From Harriotta raleighana (Eukaryota): a stretch of DNA of 64,000 bases. This document shows, piece after piece, positions 63,801 through 64,000 of this stretch (position 1 is the first letter of the stretch; each line of letters begins with the position of its first letter). A program made the translations under genes and the position numbers. The stretch is taken from positions 1,021,282 through 1,085,281 of the forward strand of contig JBNZDD010013683.1 in NCBI GenBank assembly GCA_050575255.1, given 5' to 3'. The notes under the pieces are model-generated. The model did no database searches. It was not told where the DNA came from and worked only from the letters and a program-made list of their open reading frames with translations.

Positions 63801-64000
63801 AGGGTGATAGGTTCATGGAGCCTAGGACAGGAAAGGATACATTCTGCAGAGTTCTGGACGATCTGCAACCTATGGAGGGAGGAATTGAATCACTCCCTTT
63901 GAGATCCTACTTCAAGATTCAAGCTTGAAATAGCAGGTTATTCTTGCTGAGAAGCACACAAAGGCAGTCTGGACTGTTCTATAAACTGTACAACTGTGCA

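Overview
AT-rich, CpG-depleted vertebrate genomic DNA, mostly intronic/intergenic. There is no prokaryotic gene, rRNA, tRNA gene or CRISPR array. The repeat content (young tRNA-head SINEs with L2-type tails, Deu-domain SINEs, AmnSINE2-like relics, CR1 and L2 LINE fragments) suggests a cartilaginous fish, probably Callorhinchus milii. This is an inference from recalled repeat consensus sequences, not a database result. Almost all ORFs in the track are spurious or are LINE/SINE remnants. Splice signals read by eye suggest the 3' end of an unidentified minus-strand protein-coding gene: candidate exons 29388-29543, 9750-9785, 9522-9556 and 9240-9329 are phase-compatible and give one open hydrophilic frame. 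Several repeat-free, homeobox-motif-rich blocks look like conserved enhancers. Notable structures are a snap-back templated inverted duplication (17033-18501), a head-to-head pair of young CR1 copies around a gap (24255-25904), a 30-bp-stem hairpin built from an ancient SINE (48074-48171) and a palindromic MITE-like element (63441-63680). Four tandem duplications abutting single n characters are most likely assembly artefacts. I found no clearly new biological system.
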